The notes: generated by a model not told the origin, from the letters alone. Shown: positions 1-13,059, numbered from the stretch's first letter. The stretch is DNA of 64,000 nt from Heterodontus francisci (GCF_036365525.1 NC_090382.1:45969678-46033677), one strand, 5' to 3'. Translations and numbers: made by a program.

Positions 1-83
1 TCTGCCTCCACCACCGGTCCTGGCAGTGAATTCCAAACATCCACTACCCTCTGGGTGAAAAGGTTTTTTCCGCATGTCCCCTC
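1..83 (-). mobile_element. CR1 LINE ORF2 C-terminal fragment (continues off the window)
   Basis: Minus strand reads KNLFTQRVVDVWNSLPGPVVEA, the conserved CR1 ORF2 end motif. Confidence 0.8.
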
Positions 84-96
84 ATGGCCTACTCCT

Positions 97-526
97 CTCA
101 GACAGCGTGAAACAGCGAGAGCGGAGCCGGAGCATAAAGAGACCGGGAGAGAGAGAGAGAGTTCACTCAGAAAGCGGGAAACAGCGAGAGTCGAGCCAGA
201 GCATAAAGAGACCGGGAGAGAGAGAGAGAGTTCACACAGACAGCGGGAAACAGCGAGAGTCGAGCCGGAGGATAAAGAGACCGGGAGAGAGAGAGAGAGT
301 TCACTCAGACAGCGGGAAACAGCGAGAGTCGAGCTGGAGGATAAAGAGACCGGGAGAGAGAGAGAGAGAGTTCACTCAGACAGCGGGAAACAGCGAGAGT
401 CGAGCCAGAGCATAAAGAGACTGCGGGAGAGAGAGAGAGAATTCAGTCAGACAGCGGGAAACAGTGAGAGCCGAGCCGGAGCATAAAGAGACTGCGGGAG
501 AGAGAGAGAGAATTCACTCAGACAGC
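97..526 (+). repeat. Tandem repeat, about 6 copies of a 69-71 bp GA-rich unit, at the CR1 5' end
   Basis: Unit CTCAGACAGCGGGAAACAGCGAGAGTCGAGCC...GAGAGAGTTCA starts at 97, 166, 235, 304, 375, 446 and 517. Confidence 0.95.
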
Positions 527-946
527 GCCGGAGGTTTGAAATATAGTCAACAGTGACATCACAGGACAGCTGCAAGGTGATTGGTTGGTGAGTAGCTGCT
601 GTTAGGGAATAACTCTAAATAGCTGGGTTCATAACTAAAGTAAAGAGAAAGGTCTACAGTTCTTTTTTAATATAGTAGGTAGTGTTTCTTGGGGGAGAAT
701 CAAAGTTCCTAGTGTAAATAATCTAATTTTTGGGTAATTTAAGGAAGTAAAAACAGAGCAAAAAAACAGAGTGACATTACAGGAAAAACGTAAGTTCATT
801 GGTTGGTAAGTAATTGCTAATTTGAATTACCTATTCTAAGATGATTTCAGATTAACGGTGAATAGGAGAAATATTTTACAGATTAAAAACTAAAGACCAG
901 TCGGAAATTTAAAAAGCAAATTAAAATCTAATTATATAAAATAGAG

Positions 947-1898
947 ATGCAGGGTCAGGTAATGTGTTGTACCTGCATGATGTGGGAGCTGGTGGACCCC
1001 ATTGTGGTTCCTAGCGACCACATCTGTAGCAAGTGTTGGCTGCTCGGTGAACTCCGGCTCAGAGTTGATGAGCTGGAGTCTGTGCTTCAGACACGGCAAC
1101 ACATCAGGGAGGGGGAGAGTTACCTGGACACTGTGTTTCAGGAGGCAGTCACACTCCTTAGATTAACTACCGTGAATTCGGCCAGTGGTCAGGGACAGGA
1201 GGGTGTGACTATGAGTGAGGCAGGTAGAGGGATCTAAGAGGTAGTGCTGCAGGAGCCTCAGCCATTGTCCTTGTCCAACAGGTTTGAGATTCTTGCTCCC
1301 TGTGTGGGCGAGAGCAGGGACTGTAGGGAGGATGAGCAAACTGACCACAGCACTGTGGTACAGGGAGCCATTCAAGTGGGGGGAGAAAAGAGAAATGTAA
1401 TCGTAATCGGGGATAGTATCGTTAGGGGCATAGACACTGTTCTCTGTGGCCAGGATCAAGAGTCCCGAAGGCTCTCTTGCCTACCTGGTGCCAGGGTTCG
1501 GGATATCTCATCTGGGCTACAGAGGAACTTGGAGTGGGAGGGGAAAGATCCAGTTGTCGTGGTCCACGTAGGTACCAACGATATAGGTAGAACGAGGTTA
1601 GAGGTTCTGCTGAGGGAATATGAGCAGCTCGGGGCTAAATTAAAAAGCAGAACCAAAAAGGTAATAATCTCCGGATTACTGAGCCACGAGCAAACTGGCA
1701 AAGGGTCAATAAGATTAAAGAGGTAAATGCATGGCTGAAAGATTGGTGTGGGAGAAATGGGTTTGAATTCGTAGGAATTGGCACCAGTACTGGGGAAGGA
1801 GGGAACTGTTCCGATGGGACGGGCTCCACCTGAATCATGCTGGGACCAGAGTCCTGGCGAATTGTATAACTAGGGCTGTAGATAGGGCTTTAAACTAA
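947..1898 (+). pseudogene. CR1 ORF1 (CxxC zinc finger, leucine zipper, SGNH/GDSL esterase domain), disrupted
   Basis: CCTCMM...CSKC; LRLRVDELE; VIVIGDSIVRG; VVVHVGTND; DGLH; ends DRALN*. In-frame TAA at 1235 and frameshift(s) after ~1680. Confidence 0.9.
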
Positions 1899-1957
1899 AT
1901 AGTGGGGGGGAGGGTTCAGTTGCATGGAAAAACAGGAAGTTAAATGAGAAGGTAGGA

Positions 1958-4895
1958 GTGCAGGTTAGTGGTGAGGCTGATTGTTACCAAACTGCAAGAA
2001 CTATACTGGTTAAACCAGAAGAGAGAAATAATAAACAGGTGAATAAAGCATCAGTGCTGAGGGACAGGTTAGGGGGTATAGCCCAAATAAGAGTTCTATA
2101 TACAAATGCACGGAGTGTAAGGAATAAACTAGATGAGCTGCAGGCGCAGATTCAAATGGAAGATTATGATGTGGTGGCCATTGCGGAGACGTGGCTGCAG
2201 GATGGTCAGGACTGGGAACTAAATATACCTGGTTATAAAGTTTACAGGAGGGACAGGGAAAATGGCAGAGGGAGTGGAGTAGCCTTACTGATTAGAAATA
2301 ATATCACCTCATTGGTGAGGGAGGATATAATGAAGGGAAAGCATCCAGTGGAGACCTTATGGGTGGAATTGAGGAACAGAAAATGATCTAAAACTGTAAT
2401 AGGTGTTGTGTATAGACCCCCTAGTAGCAGTTCTGAGGTGTTAGATTGTATAAATGCACAAATTAGGCAAGTGTGTAACAAAGGCAGAGTAGTATTAATG
2501 GGGGATTTTAACTTACACATAGATTGGGAGAGGCAGACTAGCACCTGTCAGAAAGGCAATAAATTTCTGGAATGTGTCTGGGATAGTTTCCTGCAGCAAT
2601 ATGTCCTAGATGTAACAAGGGGACAGGCAATATTAGTTTTAGTTATGAGTAATGAGCCAAATTTAATTAATAGCCTAACTGTGCGTGAACATTTGTCAAA
2701 TAGTGATTACAACATGATCGAATTCGAGGTAGCGTTTGAAAGTGAAAAGCATGAATCAGCTACTAGAATTTTAGACTTGGGTAAGGCTGACTTTACCAGG
2801 ATGAGACAGAGACTGTCCACGGTAAACTGGGTAGATCTGTTAATGGGTCAAACGACTGAAGAACAGTGGAGAACATTTAAAGAAACATTTAACGAAATAC
2901 AAAGCGAGTATATACCCCTGAAAGGAAAAAGCTCCACTTCACAGAAAAAACAGCCATGGACAACTAAAGAGATTAGGGATAGCATAAAACAAAAAGAAAG
3001 GGCTTACAAAAATGAAAAACGCAGCACAGATCCAGCCGAATGGGATCGATACAAAGACCAGCAAAGGGTCACAAAGCAGCTTATAAGAGCTACTAAAAGA
3101 GATTGTGAAAGGAAACTTGAAAGGGACATCAAAATCAATAAGAAGAAATGTTATAGTTACATAAAGGGAAAGCGGGTGATCAAGAGCAATGTAGGCCCAC
3201 TAAAAGCTGAAAATGGAGATGTTGTCATTGATAATGGGAAAATGGCAGACGTGTTGAGCAATTACTTTGCCTCAGTATTTACAGTTGAAAAGGAGGATAA
3301 CTTGCCGGAAGTACCGAAAAAATTAATCGCCGATAGGGGACAGGGACTTAATACAATTAACGTTAAGTAAAACATCAGTAACAAGGAAATTAATGGAACT
3401 AAAGAGTGAGAAATCCCCAGGACCTGACGGCTTCCATCCAAGGGTGTTAAAGGAAGTAGGGGAGCACATTGTAAATGCCCTAACTATAGTCTTTCAGAGT
3501 TCCCTAGATTCAGGAGTGGTCCCTCTGGATTGGAAAGTTGCACATGTCACTCCACTTTTTAAGAAGGGTGAAAGGGGGAACCAAGGAAATTACAGACCAG
3601 TTAACCTGACATCTGTGGTGGGCAAGTTGCTGGAGTCTATAATCAAGGATAGGGTGACTGAACACCTCGAAAAATTTCAGTTAATCAGTAACAGCCAGCA
3701 TGGATTCATGAGGAGAAGGTCATGCCTGACAAATCTCATTGAATTTTTTGAAGAAGTGACTAAGGTAGTGGACAGGGGAGTGTCAATGGATGTTATTTAT
3801 ATGGACTTCCAGAAAGCATTTGATAAAGTCCCACATAAGAGACTGTTAACTAAGGTAGAAGCCCATGGAGTTGAGGGCAAATTATTGACATGGTTAGGAA
3901 GTTGGTTGAGTGGTAGACAACAGAGAGTGGGGATAATGGGTAAATACTCAGATTGGCAGGCTGTGACTAGTGGTGTCCCACAGGAATCTGGGTTGGGGCC
4001 TCAATTATTCACATTATTCATTAACGACTTGGATGATGGCATAGTAAGTCATATATCCAAATTTGCTGTTGATACAAAGTTAGGCAGCATTGTAGGCAGT
4101 CTAGATGAGAGCATAAAATTGCAAAGAGATATTGACAGACTAGGTGAGTGGGCAAAAGTGTGGCAGATGGATTTCAATGCGGGCAAGTGTGAGATTATCC
4201 ATTTTGGACCAAAAAAGGATAGAGCAGGGTACTTTCTAAATGGGAAGAGGTTAAGTACAATCGATGTCCAAAGAGACTTGGGGGTTCAGGTGCATAGATC
4301 TTTAAAATGCCACGAGCAAGTGCAGAAAATAATCAAAAAGGCTAATGGAATGCTAGCCTTTATATCTAGAAGATTGGAGTATAAAGACACAGAGGTTATG
4401 CTGCAGCTGTACAAAACCCTGGTTAGACCCCACTTGGAGTACTATGAGCAGTTCTGGGCACCACACCTTAGGAAGTATATATTGGCCTTGGAGGGAGTGC
4501 AACGTAGGTTTACAAGAATGATACCTGGACCACAGGAGTTAAGTTACGAGGAGAGATTACACAAATTAGGCTTGTTTTCACTAGAATTTAGAAGGTTAAG
4601 GGGTGATCTGATTGAAGTCTTCAAGATATTTACAGGAAAAGACAGGCTAGATAAAGATAAACTGCTTCCACTGGTTGGAGATTCTAAAACTAGGGGGCAT
4701 AGTCTAAAAATTAGGACCAGACCATTCAGGAGAGATGTTCGGAAGCACTTCTTCACGCAAAGGGTGGTAGAGGTTTGGAACTCTTTCCCACAAACAGCAG
4801 TTGAAACTAGAACAGTTGTTAATTTTAAATCAGAGATACATAGATTTTTGTTAAGCAAAGATATTAAGGGATATGGGCCAAAGGCAGGAGTTAGG
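1958..4895 (+). pseudogene. CR1 ORF2 (APE endonuclease + reverse transcriptase), disrupted
   Basis: YTNARS, AETWL, YRPP, MGDFN; KSPGPDG, NYRPVNLTS, QHGF, YMDFQKAFDKVPH. Stop at 2384, frameshift near 3365; PQGS changed to PQES and FADD to FAVD. Confidence 0.95.
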
Positions 4896-5779
4896 CCACA
4901 GATCAGCCATGATCTCATTGAATGGCGGGACAGGCTCGAGGGGCTGAATGGCCTACTCCTGTACCTATTTTCCTATGTTCCTGCTCCAATTTCTTATGTT
5001 CTTATGACCTGCCATAGTCACACCTAGAGAAAGAGATAGACTGATGCAGTGGTGTTCTTATGAGCAACCTTTACATATAGTTTTCAGTAGAAAGAGTGAC
5101 TGGCAATGTGTTTCAGTAAATGTTTTTTCCTGTAAAGGAATGAGAAGGATGAGAAGAAAGAGCAGTAGAAAGTTACAAACTCTGGGCTAGTGGCCTTCCT
5201 ACTTTCCTTTCCCAGGATATATAAAATTTGCACTTCATATCATGTTAAGGATGTAAGTCAGGGGGTTCTCCTCCTGTAAATTTTCTGTCTCTGTTCTAAT
5301 TATCAAGATGACATGCAGTAAAATCAAAGTGTACACAGATTTGTTGACACACATTAAATTCTTTGGGTTGAATGTAAGGGTGTCTAGGAAAACTGGCTAT
5401 CCTGGACACAATTCAGACATTGTGAATAAGTTAACAGGGTTAATCCTTGCATGCTGGGAATTCTGAACATAAAGGACTCTTCGCACGTGCTGTGCAGTAG
5501 ATGTTTTCAATTACGATATTGGTGTCAGAGTGATCCAGGCCTGACAAAGAATTAAACAAATAGGGTCATTAATATCCTATCATCTGTGAGTACATGACAT
5601 CAATATCACTTAGACAACCAAAAAAAACCGGAACATTTCTGTTCATGGTCAAAATAATTAAGATCTGGTAATCATAATTTTACATACGCGACATTTTTGA
5701 AGTTACACCTTGTATTCTGATTGAGTTGATTATTTTTATTCAACCCAGTGCAAATTAGTGGAAACTCCAGGGGCCAGTG

Positions 5780-6550
5780 TTTCAATAGCATTTTTAATTG
5801 CTTCGCTGACCTGTGATGCTGCTTTGAATCATTTGTTCAGCTGTATCCTTAGATCCTTTTGCTCTTCTACCCAATTCAGTTTCTTATTTTCTAGGTTTCT
5901 ATTTTTTATGTTTCTATTTTTTCTATGAAAGAGCATCACCTCACACTTATTTATGTTAAAATTAATTTACCACTTAACTTTCCAGTCTGCAAGTTTTCTA
6001 ATGTCTTGTTTTATCATGTTGCATTTGTTCTCTTTGTTGACTATACGCCCAGTTTGGCCGCATCGACAAATTGTGATATTGGGCTACTTGTTCCTAAGTC
6101 CAAATTATTATGTAAATTGTGAACAACAGCAGTCCTAGCACTGATCATTGTGGAACACTGGTTTATACCTCCTCCAATTTGAATAACTGCCCTCTTTTAT
6201 TACTGCTTTTAGTATAGATTCTACTATCTTTCCTACCTCTGATGTTAAGCTGACTGGTCTATAGTTCTTAGATTTTGTTCCATCTCCTGTTTTGTACATA
6301 GGAATAACATTAGCTGTCTGCCAGTCCTCTGGCACTATCCACTCTTCTGCGGAACATATACACAAATTAGTGCCTCAGCTATCTCCTGTCTAGTTCCCTT
6401 GAGTATGTGTGGGTACATGCCATCTAGGCCAGACGATTTATTCTCTTTTGGTTTTGCTAGTTTGTCAATTATTTTCTCCCTTTCTGTCCCAAGTGTATTA
6501 ATATTCTTTTTAAGATCATTCTCTAATGTTTTATGCTTATCTTTGAGCAT
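5780..6550 (-). mobile_element. Old degenerate CR1 RT fragment
   Basis: Minus-strand KSSGLDGMYP, WQTANVIP, NYRPVSLTS, and remnants of the VPQ-SVLG and KCEVM motifs. Confidence 0.75.
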
Positions 6551-6945
6551 TGATATGATCAGGGGAGGAGGGGTCACAAGGCTCCCCTTGTATCCTCCTC
6601 TTAGTTTGACTGCAACAGGGTTTATTCTCTTTTTTTTTACAGTGGTTGTGCTTACCACTTCAGTGAGTCTTTTACCTTTTACCTTTGTTGTGATTGTAAA
6701 GAATCAATCGGACAGGTTTTCCTGAGTTTCAGGGATTTTGTTAAGCTTTCCCACACTCACAGCAGTAGGTTTACTTGGTCTTACTGCCGCAGTTAAAGCC
6801 ACAGCCTGCTCTGCTGTGCTTTCCATCAATCCCTTTTTCTGTAATTAATCCTACAGGTTTTCCCCATAACTTCTAGCAATCTGCTCCAAAGTGACCTGCT
6901 TTGTTATAATGGAAACACACAGGTTTTCGTGCATCGCTCCTGCTC

Positions 6946-7811
6946 TCAGCACTGTCCTTTTTGGCCTGAGGAGGGACCCTGTGTGCCCAGCTTTCCCTTT
7001 TCACCCATGGATATTCGGGCTTCTATCACACCTTTCATCCTTTTTGGGTTTGTGGGTTGACTAGGGAAGGGTTTCCCTTGGGATAAAGACTTGTGTACAA
7101 GTGTAAATTCATCAGCCAGAATTGCACCCTGCCTGGCTCTTGGAACCTTTTGTTCCTCTATGTGGGTTTTAATTAAAAGGAGGAGCGAGTTTCTGAACTC
7201 CTCCAGAAGGATCACCTCTCTGAGGTTTTCATATGTGGGCTGTATCTTAAGTGTACATATCTAGCATCCAGCTCTCTGTCGACCAGTTCAACTGTTTTTC
7301 AAGCTTTTAAAAAGTGACGAAAAATGCTTCCACATCCCCTCATTGAATTTTAGTATCAACTGGGAAAACTTTAAGAGCTCAGCACCCAATCCTGAGCTAG
7401 AGGTAGCTCTCTCCCTAGCTGTGCCTTCACTGGGTATATTGGGTCTTCTCCTAGTTAGTTGGAGCTACCTTAACCCCCTTTCCTCCTTCTGGTAAGCTCT
7501 TTCTTTTTCCCTTTCTTGACACTCAGCTCTTTTTCTCTCTGGAATTCTAATTCTACTCTCCTCTGTTCTAGTTGTATCTTAGCTAACATTGCCCTCTCTG
7601 TTTCTGACTCTAACCCTGTTTCTGAGTCTTCAGGTTCAAGTGCAAAATGGTTGGCCACAAATTTTAGGATTTTGGGTTTCCTAGTTTTTGGATGGATAGT
7701 AATCCCTACCTGCCCAGCTACATTCCTCAACTCTTCAATAGATAGCGCATTTAACCTATCCCAAGTTACTTCACTCTGGCTTAGGAAGTTACTGGCCTCA
7801 AATGTGGACAT
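6946..7811 (-). pseudogene. Gypsy gag remnant (coiled coil, DVEAFF motif, SCAN-like capsid region)
   Basis: LNALSIEELR...QLEQRRVELEFQREKEL; DVEAFF; ILLEEFRNSL...HIEEQK...AILADEF. Frameshifted. Confidence 0.7.
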
Positions 7812-7930
7812 GTTAGTACTCTAGCAGTGAAAACCACAAGAAAACCTATATTGAAGTTTAATTTTTTTTTACTAGGGATCAATTTGGTGTCCCACTTCCA
7901 ATTTCTCATTTATCGTTGGGTTACAACCAT

Positions 7931-7945
7931 GGACTGGAGCCCCCA
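7931..7945 (-). promoter_or_regulatory. Primer-binding site, tRNA-Pro type
   Basis: Minus strand TGGGGGCTCCAGTCC lies 6 nt after the LTR end (...CATAACA); the canonical Pro PBS begins TGGGGGCTCGTCC. Confidence 0.7.
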
Positions 7946-9164
7946 AATTTCTGTTATGATCAGGTGAGGAGGGGTCACAAGGCTCTCCTTTTATCCTTTT
8001 CCTGGTTTGACCACAACAGGGTTTAGTCTCTTTTTTAAAAAAAACAGTGGTTGTGCTTACCACTTCAGTGAGTATTTTACCTTTGTTGTGATCGTAAAGA
8101 ACCAATTGGACAGCTTTTCTTGAGTTTAAGCAAGAGGTGAGTTTATTGTACTTAAAATAAACCAGATCTAGATAAAATAATAAAATTATGCGACACTTTC
8201 ACTCACACATGCACAAAAGAATCATAAACACAAACAGAGTACAGAGTGATAAGAAATAGTTTGCTTTAGATTAGTATCCAGAACAAGTAGAAACTAATAC
8301 ACAGTCTGTGGGGTTGGGTGATTCCGTTGTCTTCCGGCTGAAGTTGTGATCCTGAAGTTCTGCGTTGATAGTTGATCTTTGAGACAGTTGAGCAGAGGAT
8401 GTCCTTCACATGGATTTTCTGGAGAGAGAGAGAGAGAGAGAGAGAGTGAGAGACAGAGAAGCAGAGAGACAGAGAGAGAGCCCTTCTGGCTTCTGTATAG
8501 ATTGAATCTCTAGCTTGTCTCCTATGTGTAACAAAAATCCCAGTTTTACACAGCCTAGTGGGGGACTGTCACATGTTTCTCTTAATCCCCTTTGTTTTTA
8601 ATGAGGTCCAAAATCTAAAACCCAAAACGTCTCTCGGAGGGGGTTGGTGGTATTGTCATTGTTTATCCTCTGGAGGGATGTCTCCACTCATGAATGCCTC
8701 AAGATGGCTTTGAATGTCTTGCTAATGAAAGCAATCTCAGGTAGTTCAATCAATAGGGCAAGCCATTGTGTTAGGTAAAGGCTAATAATATTTGTCTCCC
8801 TTTGATGCCTTGGAATGGGAAAGGTGTTCAAATGCAAATAGTGGTGGCCATTTTGAGCTGTGGCAAAGTGTTTCTGTAAGTTGAATGTAATATTCCAGCT
8901 TTCCTTTAAGTTTAATGTGGGTTTCCAATTGATAAAATAAAAAAATCCTCCTTTGGTTTAGCAACTTTTCTTGATAGTATTTTAAGCTTATTCTCTAATT
9001 ATAGCTAAGGCACTTAAGATTGCACTTTGCTTACCTAATGGGCAGAAGACTTTCTGAGAAAGCAAAGTGAAGTTCTAAAGAGGTTTTGAAGTCGGTCCTC
9101 AAAAGCCAAGGGTGTATTTAAGAGTGACGTTAGAAGGCTGTGCTTAATCGAAGTAAAGACTAAG

Positions 9165-10170
9165 TGTTACGATCAAGTGAGTAGTGGTCAAAGGCTCCCC
9201 TCTTGTCCTTCTCATTGTCTGACCGCAACAGGGTTTAATGTGCTTACCAATTCAGTGAGTGTTTAACCCTTTTAGGTGCTATGATCATAAAAGAACCAGA
9301 CAGGTTTTCTTGTGCTTAAATAAGAAAGAGGTTAGTTTATTGTACTTAAAACCAAAACTCAATCTAAATAAAATAATAAACTACGCTCCAACGTTCATAC
9401 ACACACGAGAATCACACACACACTAATAGATTATAGAGTGAAGAATAGCTTGGTTGGATTTGAGTCAGGAAGAATAAAAAAAATATAGAGTCTGTGGACT
9501 CTGGTAATTCAGTTGCCTTCCAGCTGAACCTGTGGCCAACAGGTTCAGGGTTTTCTTGGGGACAGTAATGCAGATGGCTTTCTTCATAGGGTATGGTCTG
9601 CAGCAATGATAGACTTGGATGTTTTGCAGTCAGCAGGCAGGGTTCAAACTTGCAAGGTTGCTGAGAGAGTGAGAGACCCCCACTTGGGTCCTTCACTGGT
9701 CAAACTCAGGTGCTTGTCTGTTGTAGAGAGAAGGAACTGCAAGCTTTCACACAAATGGAGAGTCTGTCACATGATCATCCAATGTATTCTCTCTTTTGCA
9801 CTTTAATTGGATCATGTCTAAGAACTCGAATCTCTCAGGGTCCCAATGTTCCAGGATTACCCTTTGAGTGGCTTGACTCCACCAGCATCAATGTTCCAAG
9901 ATTGCCTTGAATGCCTTCTTGTTAAAGGCAAGGCAGGTAGCTCATTCAAAATTCTCAGGCCATTGTGCTGGTTGGAGATTTTACCAGACCCATGTCTCCA
10001 CCTCAATACATTGGTATGTAGGGTACAAAGATGCAAATTACAGTGGCCATTTTAGCTGCTAGCAGTGATCCTTTATCAGTTCTTTGTCCGTTATTTTTCA
10101 AAGTTTAATTCATGTTTCCAACTGATGGATTAAAAAAAATCATCCTTCGACATAGCACATGTTCATGACA
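9165..10170 (-). mobile_element. Solo LTR, related to the 7952-8976 LTR
   Basis: TGTTACG...CATGACA termini; perfect 5-bp TSD CTAAG; similarity to 7952-8976 and to 22124-23207 in the opposite orientation. Confidence 0.9.
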
Positions 10171-10999
10171 CTAAGTAAAATGTAGCATTGCTGCTCATGA
10201 TTTAAGTCTCTAAACATAGAGAGAAAACTACAGTTATAGTACAGAGAAATAACAGACATGTAGATTTATTTAAGCTAGGGTGAAAGACTGCTGATAAAAG
10301 ACAACAATGATTGTGGACAACCAGGCACCACAGGCATCCTAAGAGGTGAAACTCAAGCATTGTGGTAGGTAATATTGCTCAATGTCAATGTAACCAAAAT
10401 ACACTGCGGGATAGCCTTACTACTGAAGCTTGCCACTGATGCTGTAAACTTAACTGTACTTAACTTTGGACATTGAATGCACTTTCATTATATTGTTACT
10501 GAACAGAATCCAGATGATGCCTCAATATTGTGACACATTTAAATTATTGCTGAACTTTGGATGAATTGGGTTCTTCTGATATATTGATTATAGTTAAACT
10601 TGTGATAGTGCTAATAATGCTATTGTAGATGCTGTTCACTAAACCAGAATTGGTTAATGCATCTTTATGTCTGCTTTCTCTTTGATGACTCTGGCACGTA
10701 GGAGTTAATTACACCTTATTCAGTGTTGTGCTGCAGTCCTACTGTGATTGATTTGACTTAGCTATTAATATAATTTGAACAGATGTATATAGGACAGTCC
10801 AAATGTGAGCTAATTTAGGCAATTTATAAAACCTAGACACGAATGGCATATCCCAATCCAATCTTCTTATGTGCATGTATTAGAGTTCAGGAGAAATATA
10901 TTCCAGTAGGATATTTGTTCGCAAGAACAAACCTAGCCAGTAATGACACACCAGGAATGAATAAAGAAATAAAATAAATAAATGAATAAAAACAGTACC

Positions 11000-11380
11000 A
11001 CTCCAGGGCCTGAGCACAAAAATAAAGACTGACACACCAGTGCAGTAGTGAGAGAGTGCTGCACTGTTGACTTTCAGATGAGTTATTAAATGAAGGCCCC
11101 ATCTCCCTGTTTGGGTGGATGTAAAATATTCCATGGTACAATTTCAAAGAAGAGCAAGAGAGTTATCTCCCAGTGTCCTGGCCAATATTTATCCCTCAAA
11201 CAACATCACAAAATAAATGGATTATTTGGTCATTATCACATTGTTGTGCTGTGTGCAAAATGGGCTGCCACATTTCCTACATTATAACGGTGACTGCATT
11301 TTAAAGTACTTCAATGGCTGTAAAGTGTTTTGAAACATCCAGTGGTCATGAAAAGTGCAATATAAATGCAATTTTTCTTT
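11000..11380 (+). mobile_element. Deu-core SINE (SacSINE1/AmnSINE-like) with L2-type tail, 5' truncated
   Basis: GTCCTGGCCAATATTTATCCCTC, GCTGTGTGCAAA and TATAAATGCAA motifs, shared with 41347-42504, 46425-46610 and 57325-57560. Confidence 0.8.
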
Positions 11381-11622
11381 TTTTCTAAACAAGAGAAAAT
11401 TGGAAAAAGGCATATATTAAGTACATAGACAACAAAGGAGAGCATGACAAAGAGAAATATAAAAAGGTGAATAAAGAAGCAAAAAACATTAGGAAGGCAA
11501 AGACAAACTACAAAATTAAATTATCAAGGCATATAAAATAGTATTCTATAGACACATAAATAACAAAAGGAAAAGCAGGATATGGATAGGGATACACTTG
11601 ATAAACTAACGGCTGAAACATC

Positions 11623-12294
11623 GGCCGGAAATTTTCCATTGGACGGGGGGCCCCATCCACTGGCCGAATAGTCGGTTATGAGCCTGCCTTCACTGGGCCT
11701 GAGGAGCCAGACCGGATTTTACGCTCCCCAGAACTTTAATTGGCCTTGGGCGGGACTTCCACTTCATTGAGGCAGGAAGTCCCACCTAATGGAGCTGCTG
11801 GCCAATCAGCGGGCCAATCACCGGGAGCGGTGGCCACTGCTGGACTACGCCCAGCCATCGGAAGATGATGAAGGACAGCCCCGGAAAAAGGTAAGTTTTT
11901 AGGGCCTCACCGGGGATAATCGGTCGGGCCCCTGCGAGGCAAGGGAGCAGGGGGAGTGTAGTGCCCTGGGGATGGTTGGGGCTTAGGGGTGGTTATCCTT
12001 GGGGCACAAGGTGCCTGATCAGGAGGGCCCCCCACCAAGCCCGCAAGAAGACCACCTAGTTTCATCAGGTGGGCTTTTTGAGGCCTCGGCCACCCATGAG
12101 CCAAGGGTAAAATACCCGTGGCGGTGGGTGGAGGCCCTTAAGTAGCAGTTAATTGGCCACCTAAGGGCCTTGATTAGCCTGGGATGGGGGACCATTTCTT
12201 GCCGCCACCCCGTGTAAGTTTGCAACGCAGCCTCCCACTCAATTTTACTCACCTGGCATCAGCCTGCTTGTTTCGGGGATATAAAATTCCAGCT
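11623..12294. mobile_element. Non-autonomous Harbinger-type MITE
   Basis: Imperfect TIRs GGCCGGAAATTTT / AAAATTCCAGCT; GC-rich and non-coding; interrupts the CR1 cleanly. Confidence 0.65.
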
Positions 12295-13059
12295 TCTTAA
12301 TTACTTTGCCTCAGTATTTACCAGGGAGACTAACATCGTGGACATTACATAAGAAGATATGAGAAAAGATAGAAAAGGCCAAATTTTGCAGTTCCAATAG
12401 TGGTGAACGCTGAGACAGTCGCTGCTTTTGAAGGTTACAATGGTCACATGCGCACATTTGTGCCAAAAACTGGAAGTATGTGCGAACGCGCTCCAGAGGA
12501 GCCTCCGCTGATGGTCCTGTTGCTCTGTTTAGCAAAGTGACAAGGACCCCGAGTTTATCAATTTGGGCTAATTGCCCACAACTAACTGATTTTCACATCA
12601 GTTTTGTTTAGAGCTGGTGTTATCAGGCATAAAGCTTGCTTGGAAGCGATGTTCTGTCCAGCTGCTCCATGATTCCAGGAAAGCAACAGCCTAAGGGAAC
12701 TTTCAGTGGTGAGTGCAGACATTTTAAATATTGAATTTTATTTATTAATTGTTTGTACCTTTTCAGCATGGCTTATCAGACTTCTTTAAAAAAAAACTTC
12801 AGATAAATAAAATCCTTTTAACAGGATTGAAATGACTTTTAAAAGACTTATCAAATTTCTCTGACTTCTTTGATGTTTCAAAGTAAAAGACTCTTTAGCA
12901 AGATTAAAATTACTTTTAAAAAATTATCTGATGTTTTAAAATCCTGCTTACATGCCTATGACATTGAGATGACTTCAAAATAACTGTGACTATCTTTCTA
13001 ACAGGTACTGCAATACCTTAAAAATTAAGCCTGTGAGGCAGAAACATGCCTTTCCACTC

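Larger units (their letters stand above)
97..4982 (+). mobile_element. Near full-length CR1 LINE (5'UTR, ORF1, ORF2, 3' tail), inactivated
   Basis: Tandem-repeat 5'UTR, esterase-type ORF1, APE+RT ORF2, and CR1 3' end GGGCTGAATGGCCTACTCCT...CCTATGTTCCT. Confidence 0.95.
6551..8976 (-). mobile_element. Internally deleted Gypsy (Gmr1-like) LTR retrotransposon: 5' LTR 7952-8976, PBS, gag remnant, partial 3' LTR 6551-6730
   Basis: 6551-6730 repeats 7952-8130 directly; tRNA-Pro-like PBS next to the LTR; gag-like remnants; possible 4-bp TSD GCAT/GTAT. Confidence 0.8.

Noticed and set aside
55-486. 143-aa and 113-aa repetitive ORFs
   Set aside because: Artefacts of the 69-bp tandem repeat, open in more than one frame, with non-ATG or flanking starts.
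97-526. CRISPR-like array
   Set aside because: Units are contiguous with no unique spacers, there are no cas genes, and the context is eukaryotic.
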